Part shown: in pieces, positions 37,238-49,423 of the stretch
How the letters are laid out: each line of letters opens with the position of its first letter
How positions within the stretch are numbered: position 1 is the first letter of the stretch
Assembly (NCBI RefSeq): GCF_006345805.1
Contig: NC_043019.1
Coordinates: 5,393,360 to 5,457,359 of the forward strand
Direction: 5' to 3'
Length of the DNA stretch: 64,000 bases
DNA from: Octopus sinensis
Taxonomy: Eukaryota
Notes under the pieces: generated by a model
What the model was told of the DNA's origin: nothing
Database searches by the model: none
The model's input: only the letters and a program-made list of their open reading frames with translations
Translations under genes and position numbers: made by a program

Positions 37238-38844
37238 CTGAAATACAAAAAATATTATTTCATCAGGTTAAAAATTAAAATTTTTTAAATAATAATTAAA
37301 AAAAAAACAGGTGTGTCAGTTGCTTTGAACATATCTCATTAAAATATACTAATTAGTAGCATTTACATGTCTACATTGTTGTTTTGTTCATTGGAGGTTC
37401 TTTCATTATTGATACAACAAAAATGGTGGTAACTATATTTTGCTGATAAAGTTTAATAAGACTGAAACATACAGAGAGTTGTCCCCATATCACTCAGTAA
37501 ATTTTAAAGTCCTTTTCTGCAACTGTAAACCACATGTAACCTCATATTAAAGTGTTATTTGTACCATATTCGTTTATTTTTTGTTTTATTGAAGGAATTT
37601 ATCTAGAATTTTCTTTTCATTTTCAAGCATAATGGCAGTGATTACACCATGAGTGGTCCGTTAGAATTCAGTGCTTAATAATTTAATGAGTGAAAGAGAA
37701 CTTGGATAAATATAATTACAGTGCTACTACATACTTAATCATCATCATCATCATTTAACGTCCGCTTTCCATGCTAGCATGGGTTGGACGATTTTGACTG
37801 AGGGCTGGTGAACCAGATGGCTGCACCAGGCTTCAATCTTGATCTGGCAGAGTTTCTACAGCTGGATGTCCTTCCTAACGCTAACCACCCTGAGAGTGTA
37901 GTGGGTGCTTTTATGTGCCACCGGCACAGGGCCAGTCAGGCGGTACTGGCAACGACCTCGCTCGAATCTTTTACACATGCCACCGGCCCAGGTGCCAGTA
38001 AGGCGATGCTGGTAACGGTCATGCTCAAATGGTGTCTTTTACATGCCACCGGCACGGAGGCCACATAGCCACTCTGGCAACGATCACGCTCGGATGGTGC
38101 TCTTAATACCCTACTAACACAGGGCTCGAGTGCCAGTAAGGCGACGCTGCTAACGATCACACTTGAATGGTGCCTTTTAAACGCCACTGGCACTGAAGCC
38201 GGTTATGGTAAGGATTAAATATAAAGCTATTTACAAATATATTTGTAATGTAGGCTTCTCTGTATACTGGTGGGTTTATGTTACAGAGACAAAATGGGGT
38301 GCGGATTCAGCTCTGAGACTGAAAATCAATTCCCAGGAATTGATACCTAGGAAATATATAAAACACCCACATTCTCAATGTCTGGCATTCAACCTTACCT
38401 TGGGTGGTAGGCCTAATTTAGCACTCACCTTAACCCATCATTGTTGGCTGCCTTCAGCAGATTCCTTTCTGTGGTCTCAATACAGATAACAATAGACAAT
38501 AGCTTTGTTGGGTAGTGGACTTAATCCATCTCCCAGTCTAATGCCAACACCGCTGGACAGTTGCTTTCAGTGGCGTCTTTGGTTTAAGAAGAGATAACTA
38601 TGTCATTGAGTTCCTACCCACTGCAGAAGTAATCCATGGGTTCTGGTTTCTCTCTGCCTTTCTTTCTCACCAGTGAGTCACTGAGGCGATACAATAGGGG
38701 CTCAAGAGTGCTGCCCTTTTTTTGACTGTGCCATTAAAAGAATTGATTCAACCAATGGAATATTTATTCAATAACACAGTTGCTGCAGAGTTAAGTCCCT
38801 TGCACAAATATGCCAGAAGTAAGCAACTGCTTGGAATATATTAG

Positions 38845-39236
38845 GGATCTTTTCGGTTTGAATGGCAGTTTTTTATAGCGGTGTCATATGAAATTGTCAC
38901 CCATAATTATGACCCTAGTATCGATCTATTGCATTTCAATCTGTTTTAGCGTTAGGGGTTGGGGAAGGGTATCTTTTTTCTTCAGAAATGTAAACAAACC
39001 CAATCTGTTTCTTATTCATACGGCACAATGTTTTCATCTCAACAGACATCATTGATTGGTTGAAATTGCAGAAATTAAAAAAAAAACAACAAATATCTTA
39101 CAAACTATAGAATTTTCTCAATAAAGCCAAGAGAAAAAGATGTTTTATAAACACATTCTACCAGTATACAAAGTTTAAAATTTTTTAGTTACCTAGAAAT
39201 TATGTTAAAAAACTGCCGTTCAAACCGAAAAGATCC
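38845..39236. mobile_element. ~390-bp MITE (TIR GGATCTTTTCGGTTTGAACGGCAGTTTT)
   Basis: Terminal inverted repeats; other copies at 45644-46047 (reverse) and 53847-54173 (8-bp TSD g/cTAAAAGA). Confidence 0.85.
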
Positions 39237-39441
39237 GTCATTTGCTCAAGGAATAAGCTGAGAGGGTGAACAACAACAACTGTTGCTGCCACTAATCAGT
39301 CTAAATTCACAATTATTTTAGAATTTAATTGAAACTCATTAGGGGTGTATTCTGGTTAGAAATACAGTAACAAAAAGACTAAGATGTTATTTTCTTTCAC
39401 ACTGCTTCAAAATGTACCAAATATTACAACAGTTTACTAAC

Positions 39442-39501
39442 CTGCTCCAAAACCTCTTCCTTTTCTTTTCTTAGCTTTTTCTTTTAGTTTCTGAAGTCCT
39501 T
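39442..39501 (-). CDS. RBM8A: RBM8A exon 2
   Basis: ttttag|(Q)GLQKLKEKAKKRKGRGFGA|gttagt; 60 nt. Confidence 0.95.
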
Positions 39502-42500
39502 CTAAAAGAAAAAAGAGAAAAACAAGAAAATCATTATATCTTTATTGGCCACAATAATAGGATTACTAAGCAGGAAGCAATAAACCATATAAAAACAAGG
39601 TGAGTGGTAACAACATTACAAACAACATATTCTGGTGGAATGAAATCTTATCTTCTTATTTACATGCTTGGGCTGGTGCCAAGTAAAAAGCATGCCGGTG
39701 GCTTGTGAAAAGCAACATCCGAATCGTGGCCGATGCCAGTGCCGCCTAGACTGGCTTCCGTGCCGGTAGCACGTAAAATGCACCAATCCAACCGTGGCCG
39801 TTGCCAGCCTCGCCTGGCACCTGTGCAGGTGGCACATAAAAAGCACCCACTACACTCACGGAGTGGTTAGCGTTAGGAAGGGCATCCAGCTGTAGAAACA
39901 CTGCCACAACAGACTGGAGCCTGGTGCAGCCTTCTGGCTTCCCAGATCCCCGGTCGAACCGTCCAACCCATGCTAGCATGGAGAACAGATGTTAAACGAT
40001 GATGGTGCCAAGTAAAAGCACCCAGTACACTCTGTAAAGTGGTTGGCATTAGGAAGGGCATCCAGCTGTAGAAACCATGCCAGAACAGACAATGGAGCCT
40101 GGTGTGTCCCCCATCCCTACCAGCTCCCATCAGACTGTCCAACCCAAGCCAGCATAGAAGAACATTGAACTTTTCTGGCCTATACCTACTGCTTTAATTA
40201 ACACAATATCCTCATCATCTAACTTGATGGCTCCCTTCATTCCTATGACAATACGCCTAACATTATCATCATTATTGTATTAATGTCTACTTATCCATGC
40301 TTGCATGGATCAGATAAAAGCTTGGTGGGACAGAGTTTTTCTACAGCTGGAACCGCCTTTTAACATCAAAGCCTATCGGTTTCCAAATGAGGTAATAATC
40401 TCTCAGTTTATCAAAAAAACTTATGATAACTGGAGACAAATGACAAGCATTTTGGCTTACAAAGATTACACATCAAACAGTGTTAGTGAAGCCATTGTCT
40501 GCAAACCAGTGAGTGAAATGCACATGGAGGTGAGAGGGAATCATGAAATTACTCAAACACACCACCATCATTTAATATTGGTTTCCCATGCTGGCAAGCC
40601 AGAGGACTACATCAAACTCCATTGTCTATTTTGGCATGATTTTTATTGCTGGGTACCCTTCCTAACGCCAACCACTTTACAGAATGGGCTAGGTGCCTTA
40701 TTTTGTAGCACAAGCACATATCTAAGGCAAAGTATCTTCCATCTACCAAATCCCCTTACAAGGTTTTATTCAGCCTAGTTTTTCAAAATATCAAAATACT
40801 GAGAGGCTAAAGTTGTCTTGGAAATGCTCAATTTACACATTCAACTTAACCTTTATTTGGAATACATATTTATCCCTTCGGAGATCTTTTTCCTTATTTA
40901 CTATTATTATTATTATTATTAGTACTATGACCCGGCAACGCCAGGCCATAATGCTAGTGCATGCATATACAGCTGCGTGCATGCGCACATACACACGAGT
41001 ACTGTCTAAATCTCTGACCAATCACATACAGCTAGCTGGCATTCAATTGGCGTATCAAATTTCAGGCATTTTGATTGGGTTTTGGATAGAAAATTCACAA
41101 AAAAGTCACTTCTATTGACTAGGGAAATGTAACGATGTACATGACCACCATTGGGCGGTTTTAAATGACCATAGAAAGTGTGAGCCCTCTAACTGAAAAA
41201 TTGTGGATTTGTATAAAGGACACACACACAAGACATTTTGCCATTTATATATAGAGATTATTATTATTATTATTTACTATTTCAGCTGCCCTCAACAGTC
41301 TGCCGTTTATCCTTATTGTCTATACCCTCATCATCATCATCATTGCAAGATGGAGTGGTGCTGGTGTTTATGACCAGAGGAGAAATCCTTGATTGTCAGC
41401 TTCTGGAACTGAGGATAGAATACCTGGTTCACTATTTCTTGAGACTTGACCAATGGTTCTTCAAAAACAGCAGTTTCTGTGACATGTCTGCTTTTAAAGA
41501 TCTTCCAAGCAGAAACCCCTCAAATGATCCTTACTGACATACATCTAGCAAAAAGCTCTTAAACATTTCTTACTGCCACACATGAAGTAACATTGCATTC
41601 TGCCCTGCAACACCAATCTCAATTCTTTTTCCCTGCATTCATGGTTAAGTACAGCTCCAGACTGATCTGGTGTTTTTCAGGGACCATTAGAACTTGTACA
41701 CTTATACAAACCACTCTTAAACATACATATTGCTACTAATAACTTTAGTACATACCAACTGCCAATACTGAGTCATGGATGAGAGGACAAGCCAACAATC
41801 ATGTTTCTTTGCCCCATACGTTGTGACAGTAGCACAAGGGTACATGTATGACACCCTAGCCTGACCCTTTTATTCTTTCCAGGCATATTGGGACAAACAC
41901 AAAGACACACACGAAATTGTAAGAATCTTTTGGACATTGACTGATGAGCAATTAGCTACGAATTTTCTATTAAATTTTCCGTTTGTTATGTTTTTGCTAA
42001 ATTTATATATATTATACACACACACGACGGGATTCTTTCAGTTTACCAAATCCACTCACAAAGCTTTGGTCGGCCCGAGGATATAGTAGACACTTGCCCA
42101 AGGTGCCACACAGTGGGACTGAACCCAGAACTATGTGGTTGGGAGGCACAATTCTTACCACACAGCCACATTTGCACATATATATATATATAATAGGTAT
42201 TTTATCAAACTAACGAAAGATAAAATGCCAAGTTAATACTAATAATATTTACTAGATTACCAATACAGAATGTGTTAGGAATAGATAAATATACAATCAT
42301 ACCAGCATTTAGTGGCCCTGTGAAATTAGGCCCAGGAGGGCTTTTTCGGTAACCTGACATAAGGACTGAATTAATGAATTTCAGGTAAGAAGAATCCTCC
42401 TACATCTCTTACTGCAAGATATCGAGTGTAAATAGCGGTAGATATTTCTTAAAAAAACAAACACGAGCCAAGACACAAACTATATTTAGATGTACTCTGG

Positions 42501-42692
42501 AGTACCAATACCCTGGGTTGAAAATATGGAGATAAACACGTGTATTTGTATGTAGGTAGTCTCACTGTGAAATAAAGTCCCAAGAGGGACTTTCCGACTG
42601 CTCCGGATATCTTGTGGTGGGGGGGGGGGTCTAACTTCACATCTAGACTAAAAATATGTAGTCAGGAGGGTTTATTCTTCTTATCGGTAATA

Positions 42693-42883
42693 GGTACTAT
42701 TTAAGAAGAGTGGTCCCGGTGCTAGTCGTGACTAGTCAATCCTACAACGACTACCTAGCAAAGTAAAAACAAACACAAAATAAATAATTTTTTTACACAA
42801 AGGATCGACTAGTCACGACTAGCGAGCGCGGATGCTCGAGTTCGGTAGTGCGCGCACCGGTACTACTGTTCTTAAATAGTACC
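42693..42883. mobile_element. ~190-bp MITE with TA target duplication in RBM8A intron 1
   Basis: GGTACTATTTAAGAA...TTCTTAAATAGTACC with TA on both sides; internal 17-bp perfect IR GCTAGTCGTGACTAGTC. Confidence 0.75.
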
Positions 42884-43289
42884 TAATAGTACCATAATAA
42901 ATTGTAGCGATAATCAGATCGCGATTGTCTACATCTACCAAAACATATACACCTATATAACAGCGTTGTTGAAAGCGATGCTTTCGGTACCAATGTTCTA
43001 CATAATGTTAAACAGTTTGTTAGAGTCATACAGAAAGAAATATTTTACAATAATTATCAGAGAAAAATGTCGTAACTAATTCCTTTCCCAAAACATTAAC
43101 CAAAAACAACAACGAAATAAAACTGTGTTCCCCTTGGTTGATGGCGAGCGCGGCATGAGACACCAACGACACAATAATAATCATTGTTTTCGTGAACACA
43201 GGTCAACTGTTAATAATGGTAATATCAATAATAATATAATCGGTGTTAAACGATAAATAAGGACTAGAATATGGCAAGTTTGCACTCAC

Positions 43290-43353
43290 GATCTCCTTCT
43301 TCGTCGACTTCAAACTCTTCTGCCGCTTCTTGGACGTCTAGAACATCAGCCAT
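43290..43353 (-). CDS. RBM8A: RBM8A exon 1 (start)
   Basis: ATG at 43353; MADVLDVQEAAEEFEVDEEGD + C|gtgagt. The six exons total 531 nt = 176 aa + stop. Confidence 0.95.
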
Positions 43354-43588
43354 TTTCGAATTTAAGTTAAACAGGAAGTGGAAATCGGTCTGAATTACCT
43401 CCCTTGCTTACTCTCCGCGAGTCTACTTTCTCTTCTGCGAGTCTGAGTCTATCTCCCTCTCTGCGAGTCCATCTCCCTCTTGTCTCTCCCGTTCTCTTCC
43501 CTACTTTACTGTTTGTAGGTTTTGATCCGCTAGAATTAACAGTCAAAATCTCCCTCAAATCACACTTCATCGTCTTATAAAAAGTAAA

Positions 43589-43772
43589 GGCGATCCTTCG
43601 GTATAAGTACACACCTGACTTTGTTTACATTTCTGAAGATAACAGAAACCCTTTCTCCCACCCCTAACCCCAACACAAACCCAAACTCTAACCCCCCCCC
43701 CCCATATATATATATATAAACACTTTCTTGAAATGTATCCGGTACTTCCGATACTTATACCGAAGTTACGCC
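43589..43772. mobile_element. Merlin-type MITE with 8-bp TSD AAAGTAAA
   Basis: TIR GGCG(A/T)..CTTCGGTATAAGTA; identical 8-bp flanks at 43581-43588 and 43773-43780. Confidence 0.85.
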
Positions 43773-44814
43773 AAAGTAAAAATATATGGAGAAAATATAA
43801 AGGTTCAGTGGTCATGGATGGAATGTCGAGGGAGGTAAAGAATACGCTCACCACCCGTTTTCCGCGCTTTTTACTTTTTTTTTTTCAAAAATTTCTTCGG
43901 GTTTCTATGTTTTCGAAATCGGAGAATACGATTTTGCACAAAAATCACATTTTAAGAATTTTGTTTCCCCTATCCCCACCCCAATTCTTTAATTTTTAAC
44001 TTTTCTTCGAATTTTCTTTTTCCAAATTTTAATTCCCTCCTCCCCTACCCACCCATCACCACTCTGATTTCAAAAAACTAAAAACTCAGAACGTATGTAT
44101 CAGACCACCACCAAGGAGTCCCGACACGCTAGAAACAACAGCTAAACGACATTACTCCTGGAAAAACATCCCCTTTCAAAAAATCTAAAAGTAAAACATT
44201 CGGAGATGATGGGTAGAAGTTGGAAAGGCGGCGAGCTGGCAGAAACGGTAGCACGCCGGTCGAAATGCTTAGCAGTATTTCGTCAGCCGCTACGTTGTGA
44301 GTTCAAATTCCGCCGAGGTCGACTTTGCCTTTCATCCTTTCGGGGTTGATTAAATAAGTACCAGCTACGCACCAGTGCGTAGCTGGTACTTATTTAATCA
44401 ACTTATATAATCGACTTAATCCGTTTGTCTGTCCTTATTTGTCCCCTCTGTGTTTAGCCCCTTGTGGGTAATAAAGAAATAGATGGGTAGAGTTGGGGAA
44501 TGGGATCTGAGTGTTTCTTGAAGAAAAATTTTAAAATTAATTTCTTAAAGATCCATAATCTCTATTTTTCTACATGGATTAAAATTGAAATTTCGAAAAA
44601 GTTGAAAATTTAAAATTTGGGCTGGGGAGAGTTGGGGTTATAAACATTTCGAAAACCTGTTATTTTGGGCAAAATCCTAATTTCCTATATCGGAAACAGG
44701 AACCCGAAGAAATGGTTAGAAAAAATTAAAGAGGAGGGGTTAAGTTTCTAAACACGCTCATCCCAAATAAGAATTACAAAATAAGCAAAAAGGTCATTTC
44801 AATCTAAGTTGAGG

Positions 44815-45040
44815 AAGTAATAAAAGCAGCTGATGTTGCAAAAGGAATGACTGCTATTAATAAACAAAGACCAGAGATATTCGAAGAAGTGGGAAAGTTA
44901 TTGTTTATTTTTATAAATGAGAAACAGATAATGGGTGACAGTGTCAGTGGAGCATTTATCTATGAGAAAGCATTGGAAATTTATAATGATCTAGTGAAGA
45001 AAACTCCTTGTATGAGTGCTGAAAGTGATACTTTAAACAG
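44815..45040 (+). pseudogene. Tigger/pogo transposase fragment (CENP-B-type HTH)
   Basis: KGMTAINKQRPEIFEEVGKLLFIFINEKQIMGDSVSGAFIYEKALEIYNDL. Confidence 0.75.
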
Positions 45041-45050
45041 AACTCGGGTT

Positions 45051-45104
<54 letters not shown>

Positions 45105-46458
45105 GAAATTGATATTAATCAATTAAAACCAGTGGCTTAGCATATTTTAAAAAAATCCGAAGATTAAAAAAAATTTTACATACAAAATTTAGAGGACTGA
45201 CCACTAAAAGTGGACAGCCTTTATGCTAGATATAGACGTACAAATCGCCAAATATTGATGCAAGAGAGGTTGTATTCATCAGTCCAACCAATGGAAATAT
45301 TGGTTGAATCGTTTCAGTGTTGGAGAAATATCTTTGGGTATTTTGTTACGACACTTTGCTTCTGGTCTTTCTCTTGGTCAGTGCGCATATGTGTGACTAC
45401 ATTATGCAGTATGTTCACCTCTCTGTATAATTTTATGAAAACTTGACTGCTATTTCTAGCCTGCTTGATAAAATCTACTGTGTTTCGCGAGATTCTAAGA
45501 TCCAAAGGAAATCAGAGTTCTTTCCCTTCACTAATTTTTTTCCTTCTTTCCTTGCCGTATCTTTAATAATCAATACCTCATATGTACTTTAATTATCAAT
45601 ATACTCTAAAAATCCATATACGACGTTAATTAACACTAATTCTGGATCTTTTCGGTTTGAACGGCAGTTTTTAACATAATTTCTAGATAACTAAACACTT
45701 TTAAACTTCGTATACTGGTAGAATGTGTTTATAAAACATCTTTTTCTCTTGGCTTTATTGAGAAAATTCTATAGTTTGTAAGATTTTTGTTGTTTATTTT
45801 CTTCAATTTCAACCAATCGATGACGTCTATTGAGGTAAAAAAAACATTCTGTGCCGTATGAATATGTCCCTCGTTTAAGAAACAGATTGGGCTTATTTAC
45901 ATTTGTGAAGAAAAAAAGATACCCTTCCCCCCACCCCTAACCCTAAAACAGATTGGAATGCAATAGATCGATACTAGGGTCATAATTATGGGTGACAATT
46001 TCATATGACACCGCTAGGAAAAACTGCCGTTCAAACCGAAAAGATACCTAATATATTTCCCCGCTCTCTCTCATTATTTCAAATTATGTTTCTTTACTTC
46101 TTGAATTTTTTTCTATCGCTATTCATCTTCCTAAACCACTCTTGGTGTTTTAAATCATTTCGTATTCCATCTTTCATAATCTATCCGGCCGGACTATTTT
46201 TCACCAGGTTCCATCACTTGACGAACACCTTCCTTATCTCCCTTACATCCTTCACTTTTCGTTTCACTTCACCTGAAGCTGACCTTCTTCGAAGCAAGGA
46301 AGGTTTCATGCGTCTTGGACTTAGCTCTCAAATCAAAACATCCCGCTGTTAACTAGTTCCCTTATCTCTCTATATATGTGCACACATTTCTATACATTAT
46401 ACACACCGCATTTAATAACAAACGACGGAACTCGTCACCTGAAGAGAAGTGGTTTATA

Positions 46459-46465
46459 ATGTCAG
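46459..46465 (+). CDS. METAP1D: METAP1D putative first coding exon (ATG TCA G)
   Basis: ATGTCAG|gtaagg gives the phase-1 donor required by exon 50914; the joined N-terminus MSGLTYQVLRGLRSALK is presequence-like. Inferred. Confidence 0.55.
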
Positions 46466-46555
46466 GTAAGGTGATCCTTACGCAAACTCTCTGTAGTAAA
46501 CCCGAGATACAGAGAGGCACAGCGGACAGTACAAAGAGGATTTGAAAGACTAAAG

Positions 46556-46820
46556 GGCGTAACTTCGGTATAAGTACCGGAAGTACCGGATACATTTTAA
46601 GAAAGTGTTTTTTTTTTTATATATATGGGGGGTTAAGGTTTGGGTTAGGGGTGGGAGTAAAAGGGTTTCTGTTATCTTCAGAAATGTAAACAAACTCACG
46701 TGTGTACCTAAACCTATTTCTTTATTACCCACAAGGGGCTAAACATAGAGGGGACAAACGGATTAAGTCGATTATATCGACCCCAGTGCGTAACTGGTCC
46801 ACCTATACCGAAGGTTCGCC
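46556..46820. mobile_element. Merlin-type MITE (inverted relative to 43589-43772) with a SINE fragment inserted; 8-bp TSD GACTAAAG
   Basis: TSD at 46548-46555 and 46821-46828; TIR GGCGTAACTTCGGTATAAGTAC / ACCTATACCGAAGGTTCGCC. Confidence 0.85.
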
Positions 46821-47599
46821 GACTAAAGATATAGACATGCTCGAAAATGTTTTCATATTTTAAAATATATTATTTATTGCCAATTTCTAAAGGTCAGCGC
46901 CGGTTTATTGATAAGTTTGTTGGGGAGAAGAGAATACAGACTTATACGATGAACACATAACACAGAATAAAAATTATAATTATTGTCCTTGTGTAACATT
47001 ATCTGGTATCACATCCATTGGTAAAAGTATACGTTCGTTGGGAATATACTTTTGCCACTGTTTACCTGTTGAAGTCCGGACAAAACAAACTAGTGCGGAT
47101 TCTGTCCCATTTCGCATGCGAATTAGGACAGAACCCCCACCTCAGTTATATTTTTCTGTTTTTGAATTTTAATACCATTAAAATTAGGAGAAAAATATAT
47201 AATCTAAGTAAGTTACTAATGAAGTAATCATGAAAAGTTTTTTTTTTCTGTTGGTTCACTCCACATGATGGTTGTTTTGTAGCTCCCCATGTATAGGTAA
47301 AAAATATATTTTCCTAAAAAAATTAAAACTAGCAGTGCAACTGAGGGGTTTTGGCCTCAGGCATTTTTGTCCTACACATATGCGTGTCACCTTGTATCTT
47401 GAGCTACTCTGTCATCTCGTCACCGACCTTTCTAGCTTTTTTCAGGCTATTCCCACCCATCCTTATATAATGCGAGGTTGCCTCTCAGCATCTGCCATAA
47501 AACCACCTTTTCCTCTCAAATAGCCCCCCCCCCTCTACTTAGTCGAAGCAGCTATATTTTTTTTTGATTCCGTCTAGTCTTGCGAGAGTTTTGGTACAT

Positions 47600-48775
47600 G
47601 GCTAATGCTGGTGGCCCAATGATTGAAGAGTACTCTTAAATGGGCTGGTTATGCTGCACTGGCATAGGCCACAGTTACGGGCTTGCCGAGTCTTCTCAAG
47701 TACAGCATATCCCCAAAGGTCTTGGTCATCACCTCTGTGAGGGCCAACATTCGAAGGTCGGGCTTCACCACTTCATCCCAGGTCTTCATGGGTCTACCTC
47801 TTCAACAGGTTCCCTCTACTGCTAGAGTGTGACACTTTTTCACACAGCTGTCCACATCCATATGCAACACATGACCATATCAGTGCAGTCATCTCTCTTG
47901 CACACCACATCTGATGCTTCTTATGTCCAACATTTCTCACAGAGCACTTACACGCTGTTGTGTATGCACACTGACATTACACATCCAGCAGAGCATACTG
48001 GCTTCATTCCTTGCCAGCTTATGCATGTCCTCAGCAGTCATGGCCCATGCTTCACTGCCATGCAGCATGGCTGTTTGCATACATGCATCATACAGTCTAC
48101 CTTTTACTCTGAGCGAGAGGCCTTTTGTCACCAGCAGAGGTAGGCGCCTTCTGAACTTTGCCCAGGCTATTCTTATTCTAGTAGCTACACTCTCAGAGCA
48201 TCCACCCCCATTACTAACTTGGACACCTATGTCATGGAAACTATCAACTACTTCTAGTTATTTCCCCTGGCATGTGACGGAAGTTGTTTTCTGCACATTT
48301 TCAGTGTTTATTGCTCCTGAGCATTTGCCACACACAAAAACTATCTTCCCAGTTAGCCTTCCTTTGATATTGCTGCACCTCTTATGTGTCCATAGCTTAC
48401 ACTGGGTACATCTTATGGAGTTTCTACCTATGCCTTTTCTAAAGATTGAGCAGGGCCATCTACCTGAAGGGATTTGTGATTTGTCTGCCTTCCTACTTAC
48501 TAAGACTTTGGTTTTTGCTAGATTGACTCTAAGGCCCTTCGATGTTAAACCTTTCTTCTACACCAGAAACTTCTCCTCTAGTTCTGACAATGACTCAGCT
48601 ATTAGAGCAAGGTCATCAGTATATAAGAAGCTCCCAGGGGTATCCTGTCTTAAATTCCTCTGTTATTGCTTGGAGGACTATGATGAATAAGAGGGGGCTG
48701 AGGACTGATCCTTGGTGGACTCCTACCTGGAATTCTTCACTATACTCGTTGTCAACCCTCACCATATTAATAAAT
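47600..48775 (-). mobile_element. 5'-truncated RTE-clade LINE (RT C-terminal half, disrupted)
   Basis: VGVHQGSVLSPLLFIIVL, YTDDLALIAES, GLRVNLAKTKV, Cys/His-rich insert, KGRLYDAC...LHGSEAW, ending WGYAVLEKTRQA. Confidence 0.88.
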
Positions 48776-48780
48776 ATATA

Positions 48781-49423
48781 TGTACTACACACATACATTT
48801 GCCGCTAACCCTTAAATGTTCGAATCTATTCACTAATTCTGCTTGTTCTTAAAATATAACCCTTTAATTTGTTTAACCCCTCGGTACCAAGTTAATTTGT
48901 TCGTTACTCTATTCATTTCTTCAAACCCCGATTGTTTTAAGTCTACTGTCCCCAATCAAAGTCTTGCAGCCCGCCATTCGCTAACCTGCGTGTTCTTTCC
49001 TCCTCAAAATTCTTAAATTTTTTTAAAATGCCTCGGTATGAAGATATTTCGTTCGTCCTCCGCCATTACTTTCAATCAAAACTTCTGTCTTTCCAACCCA
49101 CTTCCGGTGAACCTATATAAATAATCACCTCGTGTGCTTCTCTTTCATTCACCCTTTCTTGACCACACAGCGATGATCATAGCAAGCAAGCTAAGAATTC
49201 TCATTTCATTTCTTCCGACTCTTGTACTACACACATACATTTGCCGCTAACCCTTAAATGTTCGAATCTATTCACTAATTCTGCTTGTTCTTAAAATATA
49301 ACCCTTTAATTTGTTTAACCCCTCGGTACCAAGTTAATTTGTTCGTTACTCTGTTCATTTCTTCAAACCCTGATTGTTTTAAGTCTACTGTCCCCAATCA
49401 AAATCTTCGCAGCCCGCCATTCG
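48781..49423. repeat. 200-bp direct repeat (48781-48980 and 49223-49423) enclosing a TATA/ETS/CCAAT-rich segment
   Basis: The two copies are nearly identical from TGTACTACACAC to CAGCCCGCCATTCG. Confidence 0.9.

Noticed and set aside
40305-40778. 157-aa ORF in RBM8A intron 1 (antisense)
   Set aside because: Runs through degenerate RTE-tail and SINE fragments; no protein motifs.
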